Below are positions 25,742-33,543 of a DNA stretch of 33,543 bases, piece by piece (the first letter of the stretch is position 1; each line of letters opens with the position of its first letter). A model generated the notes under the pieces. That model made no database searches and was not told the origin of the DNA. It saw nothing but the letters and a program-made list of their open reading frames with translations. The position numbers and the translations under genes were made by a program. The stretch is from an uncultured Chitinophagaceae bacterium (lineage in GTDB: Bacteria; Bacteroidota; Bacteroidia; Chitinophagales; Chitinophagaceae): assembly GCA_964615145.1 (NCBI GenBank), contig CAZTOP010000008.1:19298-52840 (forward strand). Direction: 5' to 3'.

Positions 25742-26788
25742 ATGATGGCAAAGATTTTGGTAACGGGGGGTGCAGGATATATTGGCTCACATACGATTGT
25801 GGATTTATTAGAAAGTGGTTTTGATGTAATAAGTGTTGATAATTTTTCTAGTTCCTCCAAAGAAGTTTTTTTGGGTATTGAAAAAATTACAAATAAAGAA
25901 ATAATTAATTATAATGTCGATTTGACAAATTTGCACCAAACAAGGAGCGTATTCAATAACAATAAAGATATTGTTGGTGTCATCAATTTCGCTGCTTTTA
26001 AAGCAGTTGGCGAATCTGTACAAAATCCTTTAAAATACTACCAAAACAATATCATATCGTTACTTAATATACTACAATGTGTACAAGAATTTAGCATTGA
26101 AAATTTTGTTTTTTCCTCCTCTTGTACTGTATATGGTAATCCAGAATTAATTCCAGTTACTGAACATACAGAGCAAAAAAAAGCTGAATCTCCTTATGGT
26201 TATACTAAACAAATAGGCGAAAGAATAATTGAGGATTTTGTGAAAGCCAATCCCAATATTAAAGCATTTTTACTAAGATACTTTAATCCTGTAGGAGCCC
26301 ACCCCTCAACATTTATTGGAGAATTGCCCTTAGGCAAACCAATGAATTTGGTTCCAGCTATCACTCAAACAGCAATAGGTAAATTGCCAAAAATGCTTGT
26401 GCATGGCAATGATTACAACACAAGAGATGGTAGTTGTATAAGAGATTATATACACGTGTGTGATATTGCTGCTGCCCACACTTTGGCTATGGAATATTTA
26501 ATTGAAAATAAAAATGAGTCAAACCCTGAAATACTAAATTTGGGTTCTGGTAATGGTGTTACAGTTTTTGAAGCTATTCAATCGTTTGAAAAAGTAAGTG
26601 GAATTAAATTAAATTATGATATTGGTCCACGCCGAGAAGGTGATGTAATGGCTATTTATGCCAACAATGACTTGGCTGTAAAAAAACTGAATTGGAATAT
26701 TCAATTTAATTTAGATAATATGATGAAAACAGCCTGGGAGTGGGAATTAAAACTTCAGGAAAAAAATATATTTAAAAAAAGCAGCTAG
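25742..26788 (+). CDS. galE: UDP-glucose 4-epimerase
   Basis: Rossmann motif KILVTGGAGYIGSHT, SSSCTVYG, and YGYTK (YxxxK). I place the start at the MMAKIL Met. The ORF is open from 25715. Confidence 0.9.
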   Translation: MMAKILVTGGAGYIGSHTIVDLLESGFDVISVDNFSSSSKEVFLGIEKITNKEIINYNVDLTNLHQTRSVFNNNKDIVGVINFAAFKAVGESVQNPLKYYQNNIISLLNILQCVQEFSIENFVFSSSCTVYGNPELIPVTEHTEQKKAESPYGYTKQIGERIIEDFVKANPNIKAFLLRYFNPVGAHPSTFIGELPLGKPMNLVPAITQTAIGKLPKMLVHGNDYNTRDGSCIRDYIHVCDIAAAHTLAMEYLIENKNESNPEILNLGSGNGVTVFEAIQSFEKVSGIKLNYDIGPRREGDVMAIYANNDLAVKKLNWNIQFNLDNMMKTAWEWELKLQEKNIFKKSS

Positions 26789-26809
26789 CTCGTAAGCTAG
26801 CTGCTTTTG
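26780..26809. terminator. Strong, symmetric (potentially bidirectional) rho-independent terminator
   Basis: aaaaaaagcagctagct-cgta-agctagctgcttttgt. The stem is a perfect 11-bp palindrome flanked by an A-run and a T-run, and it overlaps the galE stop codon. Confidence 0.75.
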
Positions 26810-26922
26810 TAAGTATAATTCTTTGATTTTCTAATATATTTATCAATACAATTCTTAGCACTGATGCTCAATTGAATCTTTTAAAAAAATTATAGATCCT
26901 GTAACAAGTTTTTAAGTGTAAA

Positions 26923-28833
26923 TTATTCATTTTTTTCTTGAGCTTTTTGAGTATCCATCATTTCCATTAGTTTCATTCCAAGTAAGCCATTAATGCCACC
27001 ATCTGTGCCATTGCTGCCACCAATTAAAATATCTGGTATTACTTTAATTTTTCCCTTCCCAATTTCTTCTGTTACTTTAAAGCGAGTAAAGTTATCGCCA
27101 CCCATTGCTTTCACCTGCAATTCATAAGCTTCGGCAGTTGATTTACCAATTGCCATAATTTTCTCAGCTTCTGCTAAACCAGTTTTGCTAATTTTCTCAG
27201 CATCTGCACTGGCATTTAATTTAGTGGCTTCAGCTTGTGCTCCTGCTCTTGCTTTTGTAGCCTCTGCTTCGGCATTAGCTCTCATCTTTGTTGCTGTAGC
27301 TTCAGCATCTACTTGTAGTTTTAAACTATTAGCATCACCTTCTGCTTTTTTAACAGTAGCATCGGCTGTGCGTTGTGCAATTTCCACACTTTGTTGTGCC
27401 TTCACAATTTCTTTTTGCATATCGGCAATGGCAGTTTCTTTTTCCATACCCTGTCTCTGCTCTTGTGCCATTTTTTGTGTTTGATAAGTTTTTTGCTCTT
27501 CTTCAGCAATCTTTCTATCGGTTAAAGTTTTCATCAATGCTTCAGGAGGAACGATATCACCAATTAAAGTATCTACTGCATTTACATTATATTCATCTAA
27601 CACTGTACGAATATGCTCTTTAGCACTTTGTTGTCTTTCTTTACGAGTTGATAGGAATGAAATTACATCACTATCCTGTGCAGAGTTTCTGAAATAGTTA
27701 CCAATAGTAGGTTCTAATACTTGAGATACTAAATTGTTCATACTTCCAAAACGTGCAATTACTTTGGGAGCTTCGTTTGCAGGGATATGAATAATTTGAC
27801 TGACATCCAGATTAAAAGGGAAACCATCTCTACTACGAACTGTAATTGTAGAAAGATTTTTATCTAGCTGATGGCTTTCGCTGCGTGCATTTGCCCAGTT
27901 TAATACAAGGTTGGTGGTTGGCACTAACTCTACCTTCATAATATATTTATTGAAGGGATATTTACCAGGGCCATAAGGTTCCATCCACACACCACGTTGT
28001 CCTTTGCTTACGATATTACCGTGTTTAAAACTCTCTCCAGTCAGGTCTTTTCCATCTTCACCAATATAAGAAATCACCACGCCTACATAACCAATTGGCA
28101 CATCTGTCATTGGTACTTCTTCAATTTGAATCGCCCAAGGGTTGATGTTATAACTACCTGCTAAAACAATGGTTGGTTGCAAACCACGATTACCATCATT
28201 TTTTAAGAAAGTATCAAAATCCTGAAAATTATTGTGTCCATCGATATACTTACCTGCTATTTGTCCAGATTCAATTGGGTGACCATCAAGCGTTGTAACA
28301 ATGCCCACCATATTTTCGTGAATAATCACCATATCGGCAATAGTAATAGTAAACGCAAATGAATTGATACGATAAGTACCTGCTGTTATGTAAGCAGTTT
28401 GACGACCTTTTTGTCCACCATTATTCAGGAATTTTTCAGCATCCTGAAAATTATCACTATCCACTCTCCTGGCTAAAATTGCTCCAGTTGGAATCTCAGC
28501 ACCATCATTGCTTAATACTAGACCAATTTTCCCTTCTGGAATTACAGTAAAAGCGATCATATCCACACCGTATTGCCAAGGCCACATTCCCCAATATAAT
28601 CCTGGTGCTAAAGTTTTTGCCTGAAAACCAGCTTCGCCTTTGGTAGCAATAATTCTACCATCTGGCAATTCTTTGTTAGCACCAAAGAGTACGAATTTTT
28701 TTGTTACCAAGCCTATTTTGTTTTCAGGGACAATGACCATCCCAAAGAAAACTCTTAAAATAAATTTGTATAAAATAATACATAGTATCAATACTAGTAC
28801 CCACCAGTAATGAATAAAAAAATTTGATTCCAT
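26923..28833 (-). CDS. SPFH/band-7 (flotillin-like) membrane protein with an Ala/Glu-rich coiled-coil tail
   Basis: N-terminal TM helix (WWVLVLILCIILY), duplicated SPFH-like beta regions, and a C-terminal 'AEATKARAGAQAEATKLNASADAEK' flotillin-type coiled coil. Confidence 0.8.
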   Translation of the reverse strand: MESNFFIHYWWVLVLILCIILYKFILRVFFGMVIVPENKIGLVTKKFVLFGANKELPDGRIIATKGEAGFQAKTLAPGLYWGMWPWQYGVDMIAFTVIPEGKIGLVLSNDGAEIPTGAILARRVDSDNFQDAEKFLNNGGQKGRQTAYITAGTYRINSFAFTITIADMVIIHENMVGIVTTLDGHPIESGQIAGKYIDGHNNFQDFDTFLKNDGNRGLQPTIVLAGSYNINPWAIQIEEVPMTDVPIGYVGVVISYIGEDGKDLTGESFKHGNIVSKGQRGVWMEPYGPGKYPFNKYIMKVELVPTTNLVLNWANARSESHQLDKNLSTITVRSRDGFPFNLDVSQIIHIPANEAPKVIARFGSMNNLVSQVLEPTIGNYFRNSAQDSDVISFLSTRKERQQSAKEHIRTVLDEYNVNAVDTLIGDIVPPEALMKTLTDRKIAEEEQKTYQTQKMAQEQRQGMEKETAIADMQKEIVKAQQSVEIAQRTADATVKKAEGDANSLKLQVDAEATATKMRANAEAEATKARAGAQAEATKLNASADAEKISKTGLAEAEKIMAIGKSTAEAYELQVKAMGGDNFTRFKVTEEIGKGKIKVIPDILIGGSNGTDGGINGLLGMKLMEMMDTQKAQEKNE

Positions 28834-29193
28834 TTGTTTATAATTTTTAAAGTTAAATGCAAAAAATTCTGTAGTTATGATTTGTTAGTATTGGTTTAAA
28901 CCTAATGATATCTATTACTATTGCAAAAGACTATCAACAATTTAATGAGCACAATAGTAAGTATTAAGTATGATTTATTTATTACAAAAACAACATTGTT
29001 TATTTTTTTATTGCTAAAAAAATTAAAGTGAGTAAAGAATGCTTTCAAATACGTAAGATATTATCTGTTTTTTTGTTTGCTATACAAATAAAGACAATAA
29101 TATACTTTCATTGACTATTAATTGGGTTATATTTATTGATTGTTATTGTTAATGAAAATATGACCTTTACTGAAAATTATAAACAATTTTGCA

Positions 29194-29550
29194 ATGGAAC
29201 AAAACATAATAATTGCTGAAAAATGGTTTGCAGCTTTTAATGAACACAACCTAGAAAAGCTATTAGAACTTTACGATGACAGTGCCGAGCATTACAGCCC
29301 TAAGCTTAAAATTCATCAACCACAGACTAACGGTATTATTAAAGGTAAAAGCCAATTAAAAAGTTGGTGGCAAGATGCTTTTACACGACTGCCCAATCTG
29401 TACTATCAAGTCTTAACTATAACCGCAAATAGTAAGCAGGTATTTCTGGAATATATCAGACAAACACCTAACGAGGATGATTTACAAGTAGGAGAAGTTT
29501 TAGTTATTAAGCAAGGCAAAATAGTTGCATCACGAGTGTATCACTCATAG
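29194..29550 (+). CDS. SnoaL-like/NTF2-fold small protein
   Basis: EKWFAAFNEHNLEKLLELYDDSAEHYSP... is typical of nuclear-transport-factor-2-like proteins. Length 118 aa. Confidence 0.65.
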   Translation: MEQNIIIAEKWFAAFNEHNLEKLLELYDDSAEHYSPKLKIHQPQTNGIIKGKSQLKSWWQDAFTRLPNLYYQVLTITANSKQVFLEYIRQTPNEDDLQVGEVLVIKQGKIVASRVYHS

Positions 29551-29632
29551 TTCAAAAGCTAGTTTACAGTAAAAGTTATTCTACACCTTAGTAAGCCAAA
29601 CTGTTTTACTATATATTTGTTGCAAGAAAATT

Positions 29633-30403
29633 GTGATAATGAATTATAATACCGGAAGAAATTATTTAAGTATGCGTGAGTATGGCAGACACATTCAAAG
29701 AATGGTAGAATACGTACTAACAATTGAAGATAAAGAAAAACGTAACGAACAAGCTAAAATTATAATAGAATTAATGGGGGTTTTAAACCCACATTTAAAA
29801 AATGTTGAAGATTTCAGACACATGCTTTGGGATCATTTATTTTTTATAAGTGATTTTAAATTAGATGTTGATAGCCCCTATCCTATTCCTGAAAAAGAAA
29901 CCTATAAAGCTAAAACCCAGCCTATGGGCTATCCTAAAAGACATCCCAGATTTTCGCATCTAGGCAAAAATTTGGAATTAGTCATTGATAAAGCATTAAA
30001 AGAATCTGACCCGGAAAAAAAAGCTGCTTTTGCAAATTCTATTGCCTATTACATGAAATTGAGTTACAGTAACTGGCACAAAGAATTAGTACACGATGAA
30101 TCTATAAGAACTGAACTAGATGCTATTACTGGTGGTCAACTTGAATTTAGCAACACCCCATATATAAAACACAGACCTCAAAACGAGAGAGGAGAATTTA
30201 GTGTTAGAAATAACAACAATAGAAGACAACAAAATTTTGGCAACAGAAATGCCCGACCTAACGATAGAAATGCCGCAAATAGTGGTGCAAGAAACAACAG
30301 AAATAACGATTCCAGAAATAATGGAAGACCTGGAGATAGCAGAACAAATGATAATAGAAATGGCGGCGTAAGAAACAACAGAAACTTTAAAAAACGTTTT
30401 TAA
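29633..30403 (+). CDS. DUF4290 family protein with an Arg/Asn-rich low-complexity C-terminal tail
   Basis: The conserved Bacteroidota DUF4290 N-terminus is present (EYGRHIQRMVEYVLTIEDKEKRNEQAKIIIELMG...FRHMLWDHLFFISDFKLD). The tail is RNNNNRRQQNFGNRNARPNDRN... Confidence 0.7.
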   Translation: MIMNYNTGRNYLSMREYGRHIQRMVEYVLTIEDKEKRNEQAKIIIELMGVLNPHLKNVEDFRHMLWDHLFFISDFKLDVDSPYPIPEKETYKAKTQPMGYPKRHPRFSHLGKNLELVIDKALKESDPEKKAAFANSIAYYMKLSYSNWHKELVHDESIRTELDAITGGQLEFSNTPYIKHRPQNERGEFSVRNNNNRRQQNFGNRNARPNDRNAANSGARNNRNNDSRNNGRPGDSRTNDNRNGGVRNNRNFKKRF

Positions 30404-30420
30404 AATAAAATACTTTTTTT

Positions 30421-30456
30421 CAAAAGCGGAACTATGCCATAGTTCCGCTTTTTTGT
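30421..30456 (+). terminator. Strong rho-independent terminator after the DUF4290 gene
   Basis: aaaagcggaactat-gcca-atagttccgctttttt. A 10-bp GC-containing stem followed by a T6 run. Confidence 0.8.
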
Positions 30457-30570
30457 GAGAAAATAAAAAATAGTGTGTATATTTTACACTATTGTAAAAT
30501 ATACTATATTGCAAACGATTGTTTGTATTCACGAAACGAACACCTTAAGCTATAACGTCAATACTTGTAT

Positions 30571-33543
30571 ATGAAAAAAAAGTTTACTCAATTTTTTTTG
30601 CTTTTATTTACCCTGATTGTTTTTAGTAATGTTTTAAAAGCACAAAACTTGCTGTATAATGGCGATTTTGAATATGGAGGTAGTGGAAACGGATTTATTT
30701 CAGATGACCCAAGTTATTTTTATTTAACAAACCCAAATGGTATTTCGTTCGCCGGCAATTGGGCTATTGTCAATAATCCACAAGCTGTAAATACTAATTT
30801 CATTTCAGGAACAGACCATAGTGGTACAGGTAATATGATGGTTGTAGATGCTACTACAAATGGTGGTGCAAAACGTTTTTGGAAAGCAGGAAACAATGGC
30901 AATGGTATTATTGGTTTTATTACTGGTACATCTTATACATTTAGTTATTGGATTAAATCAGTTTCAAACGATCCTTCAAGAGCAAATATTGGCATTTCGT
31001 TTAATAACGTTTCAAATGTTGTGCTAGCAAGTGGCAATGCTACAGCACCGCTGGCAAGTGATGGATGGCAGCAAGTAAAATACACTTTTACTGCCAATGG
31101 AAATACTGTTAATATAGAGTTATATGATAATAATACAGATGCTATTGGAAATGATTTTGCGATTGATGATATTGAATTATATGGTCCACCACAACCGTTT
31201 TCATTTTCATATTCAAGTGTAAATCCTACTTGCTCAAATGTAGCAGATGGTTCAATTGTGGCTTATGGTACAGGAGGTACTGCACCATATTTATATAGTT
31301 TTGATGGAGGTGCTTTTACAAGCACAAATGTTCTAAATGGTTTAACAACTTCAAACCACACTATCACAGTTCAAGATGCCGCTTTAAATACATTAACAAG
31401 TCCAGTAATTCATATTATTTCACCAACAGATGTTTTAAATGCAACTACGAATAAAGATTCTATTTGTTCTGGTCATTCTGCAACTTTAAATGCTACAGGT
31501 GGTGGCAATAATGGTTACACTTGGGTTGCTACACCAGCAGATCCAACCCTTTCTGTAAATGCAACAAGCCCGGTTGTTAGCCCTTTAGTTCCTACTATCT
31601 ACGTAGTATCTACTTCCAGCACTTATGCCACCAATCTTGTTTTTAATGGCGATTTTGAATTAGGCAATAATGGTTTTTCTACTGATTATGTTTTTAAAAC
31701 TTCAAATACTTCTGGTGCACAAAGAACTTATGGTATTACTGATAGTGCCAGTAAATTTTATTCTGCATTTTCAAATTGTGGAGATCATACAACTGGCAGT
31801 GGAAAAATGTTTGTTTGTGATGGTTCAACTAATCCTACCAACAGAATATGGAGTCAAACAGTTCCGGTAAAGCCTGGCAGTACGTATACATTTACGTATT
31901 GGATTCAATCTGTAACATCTCCTAGTCCTGCCCAAATTGAAACAAGAATAAATAATGTTGTTTTACCAGCAGGAACCAATGCAAATCCTTACACAGCACC
32001 AGCTACAAATACTTGTAACAATTGGCAGAAAGTGTCTTACTCCTGGACTGCAGGTGTTGGAGTAACTTCTGCTGACTTGTCAATTTATGATAAAAATTTC
32101 GTTGACATTGGAAACGATTTTGCATTAGATGATATTTCGTTTATCACCTTAACAACAACCTGCACTTTGGTTGATAGTGTTAAAGTATTTGTAACTACAA
32201 CAACATCGTCCATTACAGATTTTAGTTATATACCCAATGCTATTTGTGTGAGTAGTACAACAAATCCAACATTAAATACAGTACCCAGCTTTACAACCGG
32301 AGGCACTTATACCGCCACACCAGCGGGATTGAAAATAGATTCTTTAACTGGTGCAATTGATGTTGCTAATAGTTTACCAAATACTTATAATGTTACTTAT
32401 TTTGCTCCAATTGTGGGCTGTAGATTAAGTGGTAGTAGTAGCACAACAATTACTATTAGACCATTGGTGGCAACACCAACAGCTAGTGTTACAGTGCAAC
32501 CAACTTGTACCACACCAACAGGAACTATTGTTGTTAGTAACCCTCTAGCGACTAATTATTATTTTAGTGTAGATTCTGGATTAAATTATCAAAGCAGTGC
32601 AACATTTACAGGACTTGCACCAAATAGCACCCATTACATTGTTGTAAAAGATACCAATGCTGGTGGATGTATTTCTGATACTATTAGTCTTACAATAAAT
32701 CCTGTCACTCCGCCTCCACCAACACCAACTGGCAGTGTAAGTTTTCAACCAACTTGTGCCGTTGCCACAGGAACAATCATTGTATCAAGTCCACATAGTA
32801 CAAACTATGTTTATTCTATTAATGGAACTACTTATCAAGCTGATACAACATTTGCTGGACTTACAGCTAATACAACATATCCTGTTATAGTTAAAGATGT
32901 AACTACAGGTTGTATTTCATCTGCATTGAATTTAACAGTTTATCCTTTTATACCTGTAATTGCAACAACAAACACTCAAACATTGAGTAGTTGTAAGGAT
33001 ATTATTTATAACAGTATTACTTATTCTTCATCAACGATACTAAAAGACACTGTAAAATCTTTTCAAGGTTGTGATAGTGTTTACAATGTTGTTAACATTA
33101 ATATTAATCCTATTACTCCAGCAACAAACACACAAACATTCAGCAGTTGTAAGGATATTTTTTATAACAGCATCACTTATTCTTCATCAACCATACTAAA
33201 AGACACCATAAAATCTTTCCAAGGTTGTGATAGTATTTACAATATTGTCAACATTAATATCAATCCTATTACTCCAACAACAAACACTCAAACATTGAGT
33301 AGTTGTAAGGATATTATTTACAACAGCATCAGTTATTCTTCATCAACGATACTAAAAGACACTGTAAAATCTTTCCAAGGTTGTGATAGTATTTACAATA
33401 TTATAAACATCAATATCAATCCAATTACTACTACAACTAATACTCAAACATTCAGCAGTTGTAAGGATATTGTTTATAATGGTATGGCTTATTCTTCATC
33501 AACGATACTAAAAGACACTGTAAAATCTTTCCAAGGTTGTGAT
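30571..33543 (+). CDS. Large secreted surface protein, 3'-partial. It has two CBM_4_9-like modules, SprB-type repeats, and tandem 51-53-aa Cys-containing repeats. It is probably a T9SS adhesin.
   Basis: The ATG is at 30571. I read the frame through to the window end without a stop codon. Signal peptide MKKKFTQFFLLLFTLIVFSNVLKAQ. Two modules run from N[LV]x[YF]NGDFE to GNDFAxDDI. SprB-like repeats (PTCSNVADGSIVAYGTGGTAPYLYSF, VQPTCTTPTGTIVVS...). The track ORFs 30720..30902(-) and 31670..31870(+) lie inside it and are artefacts. Confidence 0.8.
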   Translation, partial: MKKKFTQFFLLLFTLIVFSNVLKAQNLLYNGDFEYGGSGNGFISDDPSYFYLTNPNGISFAGNWAIVNNPQAVNTNFISGTDHSGTGNMMVVDATTNGGAKRFWKAGNNGNGIIGFITGTSYTFSYWIKSVSNDPSRANIGISFNNVSNVVLASGNATAPLASDGWQQVKYTFTANGNTVNIELYDNNTDAIGNDFAIDDIELYGPPQPFSFSYSSVNPTCSNVADGSIVAYGTGGTAPYLYSFDGGAFTSTNVLNGLTTSNHTITVQDAALNTLTSPVIHIISPTDVLNATTNKDSICSGHSATLNATGGGNNGYTWVATPADPTLSVNATSPVVSPLVPTIYVVSTSSTYATNLVFNGDFELGNNGFSTDYVFKTSNTSGAQRTYGITDSASKFYSAFSNCGDHTTGSGKMFVCDGSTNPTNRIWSQTVPVKPGSTYTFTYWIQSVTSPSPAQIETRINNVVLPAGTNANPYTAPATNTCNNWQKVSYSWTAGVGVTSADLSIYDKNFVDIGNDFALDDISFITLTTTCTLVDSVKVFVTTTTSSITDFSYIPNAICVSSTTNPTLNTVPSFTTGGTYTATPAGLKIDSLTGAIDVANSLPNTYNVTYFAPIVGCRLSGSSSTTITIRPLVATPTASVTVQPTCTTPTGTIVVSNPLATNYYFSVDSGLNYQSSATFTGLAPNSTHYIVVKDTNAGGCISDTISLTINPVTPPPPTPTGSVSFQPTCAVATGTIIVSSPHSTNYVYSINGTTYQADTTFAGLTANTTYPVIVKDVTTGCISSALNLTVYPFIPVIATTNTQTLSSCKDIIYNSITYSSSTILKDTVKSFQGCDSVYNVVNININPITPATNTQTFSSCKDIFYNSITYSSSTILKDTIKSFQGCDSIYNIVNININPITPTTNTQTLSSCKDIIYNSISYSSSTILKDTVKSFQGCDSIYNIINININPITTTTNTQTFSSCKDIVYNGMAYSSSTILKDTVKSFQGCD
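32962..33543 (+). repeat. Near-identical tandem coding repeats (159/156/153 bp, at least 3.6 copies) that run off the window end
   Basis: Repeat unit T(T)NTQT[LF]SSCKDI[IF]YNSI[TS]YSSSTILKDT[VI]KSFQGCDS[VI]YN[IV][VI]NININPITP. DNA identity between copies is roughly 90% or higher. Unit starts are at 32962, 33121, 33277 and 33430. Confidence 0.9.

Noticed and set aside
27185-27623. Ala-rich and Phe-rich plus-strand ORFs inside the flotillin gene
   Set aside because: They are antisense images of the Ala/Glu coiled-coil coding region.
30116-30532. Minus-strand ORFs 30116..30532 and 30178..30378 overlapping the DUF4290 tail
   Set aside because: They are artefacts of the repetitive AGA/AAC-rich tail-coding DNA and cross a strong terminator.
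30720-31870. Track ORFs 30720..30902(-) and 31670..31870(+)
   Set aside because: They lie inside the much longer open frame 30571->end. That frame has a signal peptide and domain repeats. It was not listed in the track, presumably because it has no stop within the window.
1-33543. CRISPR arrays, tRNA/rRNA genes, integrase or transposase genes
   Set aside because: I looked for regularly spaced identical repeats with unique spacers, cloverleaf-compatible GC-rich 70-90-nt segments, and recombinase motifs. None were found. The 21-bp array has no spacers and partially palindromic units, so it is not CRISPR-like.

Overview
The window reads as an AT-rich (about 33% GC) chromosomal segment from a Bacteroidota bacterium. 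Three things point to that phylum: a T9SS C-terminal sorting domain on a secreted CE8 pectinesterase, a DUF3276 (Pur-alpha-like) protein, and a DUF4290 protein with SprB-type repeats. Recognisable housekeeping genes are clpX, a NUDIX hydrolase, an ABC ATPase with an ABC-2 permease fused to an M1-like peptidase domain, yajQ, mtaB, pckA, glyQS, galE, and an SPFH/flotillin gene. These flank an accessory stretch at roughly 3.2-10.0 kb, which holds the most interesting content. It contains a co-directional Type II restriction-modification cassette. The C5-cytosine DNA methyltransferase carries an N-terminal Bacteroidetes-integrase-type Arm DNA-binding domain and an unusually long insertion between catalytic motifs VI and VIII. 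Immediately upstream is an array of about twelve 21-bp direct repeats with palindromic GCTATAGC-type cores. Downstream is a putative PD-(D/E)xK restriction endonuclease. The cassette is bracketed by a locally GC-rich, Ala-rich hypothetical gene, a cluster of GC-clamped mini-hairpins, and a roughly 250-bp inverted-repeat element. The 3' end of the window carries a large partial SprB-repeat/CBM-like surface protein with near-identical 156-bp tandem coding repeats that run off the end. No rRNA, tRNA or CRISPR array was recognised. All identifications rest on reading motifs in the supplied translations, and nothing was searched against databases.
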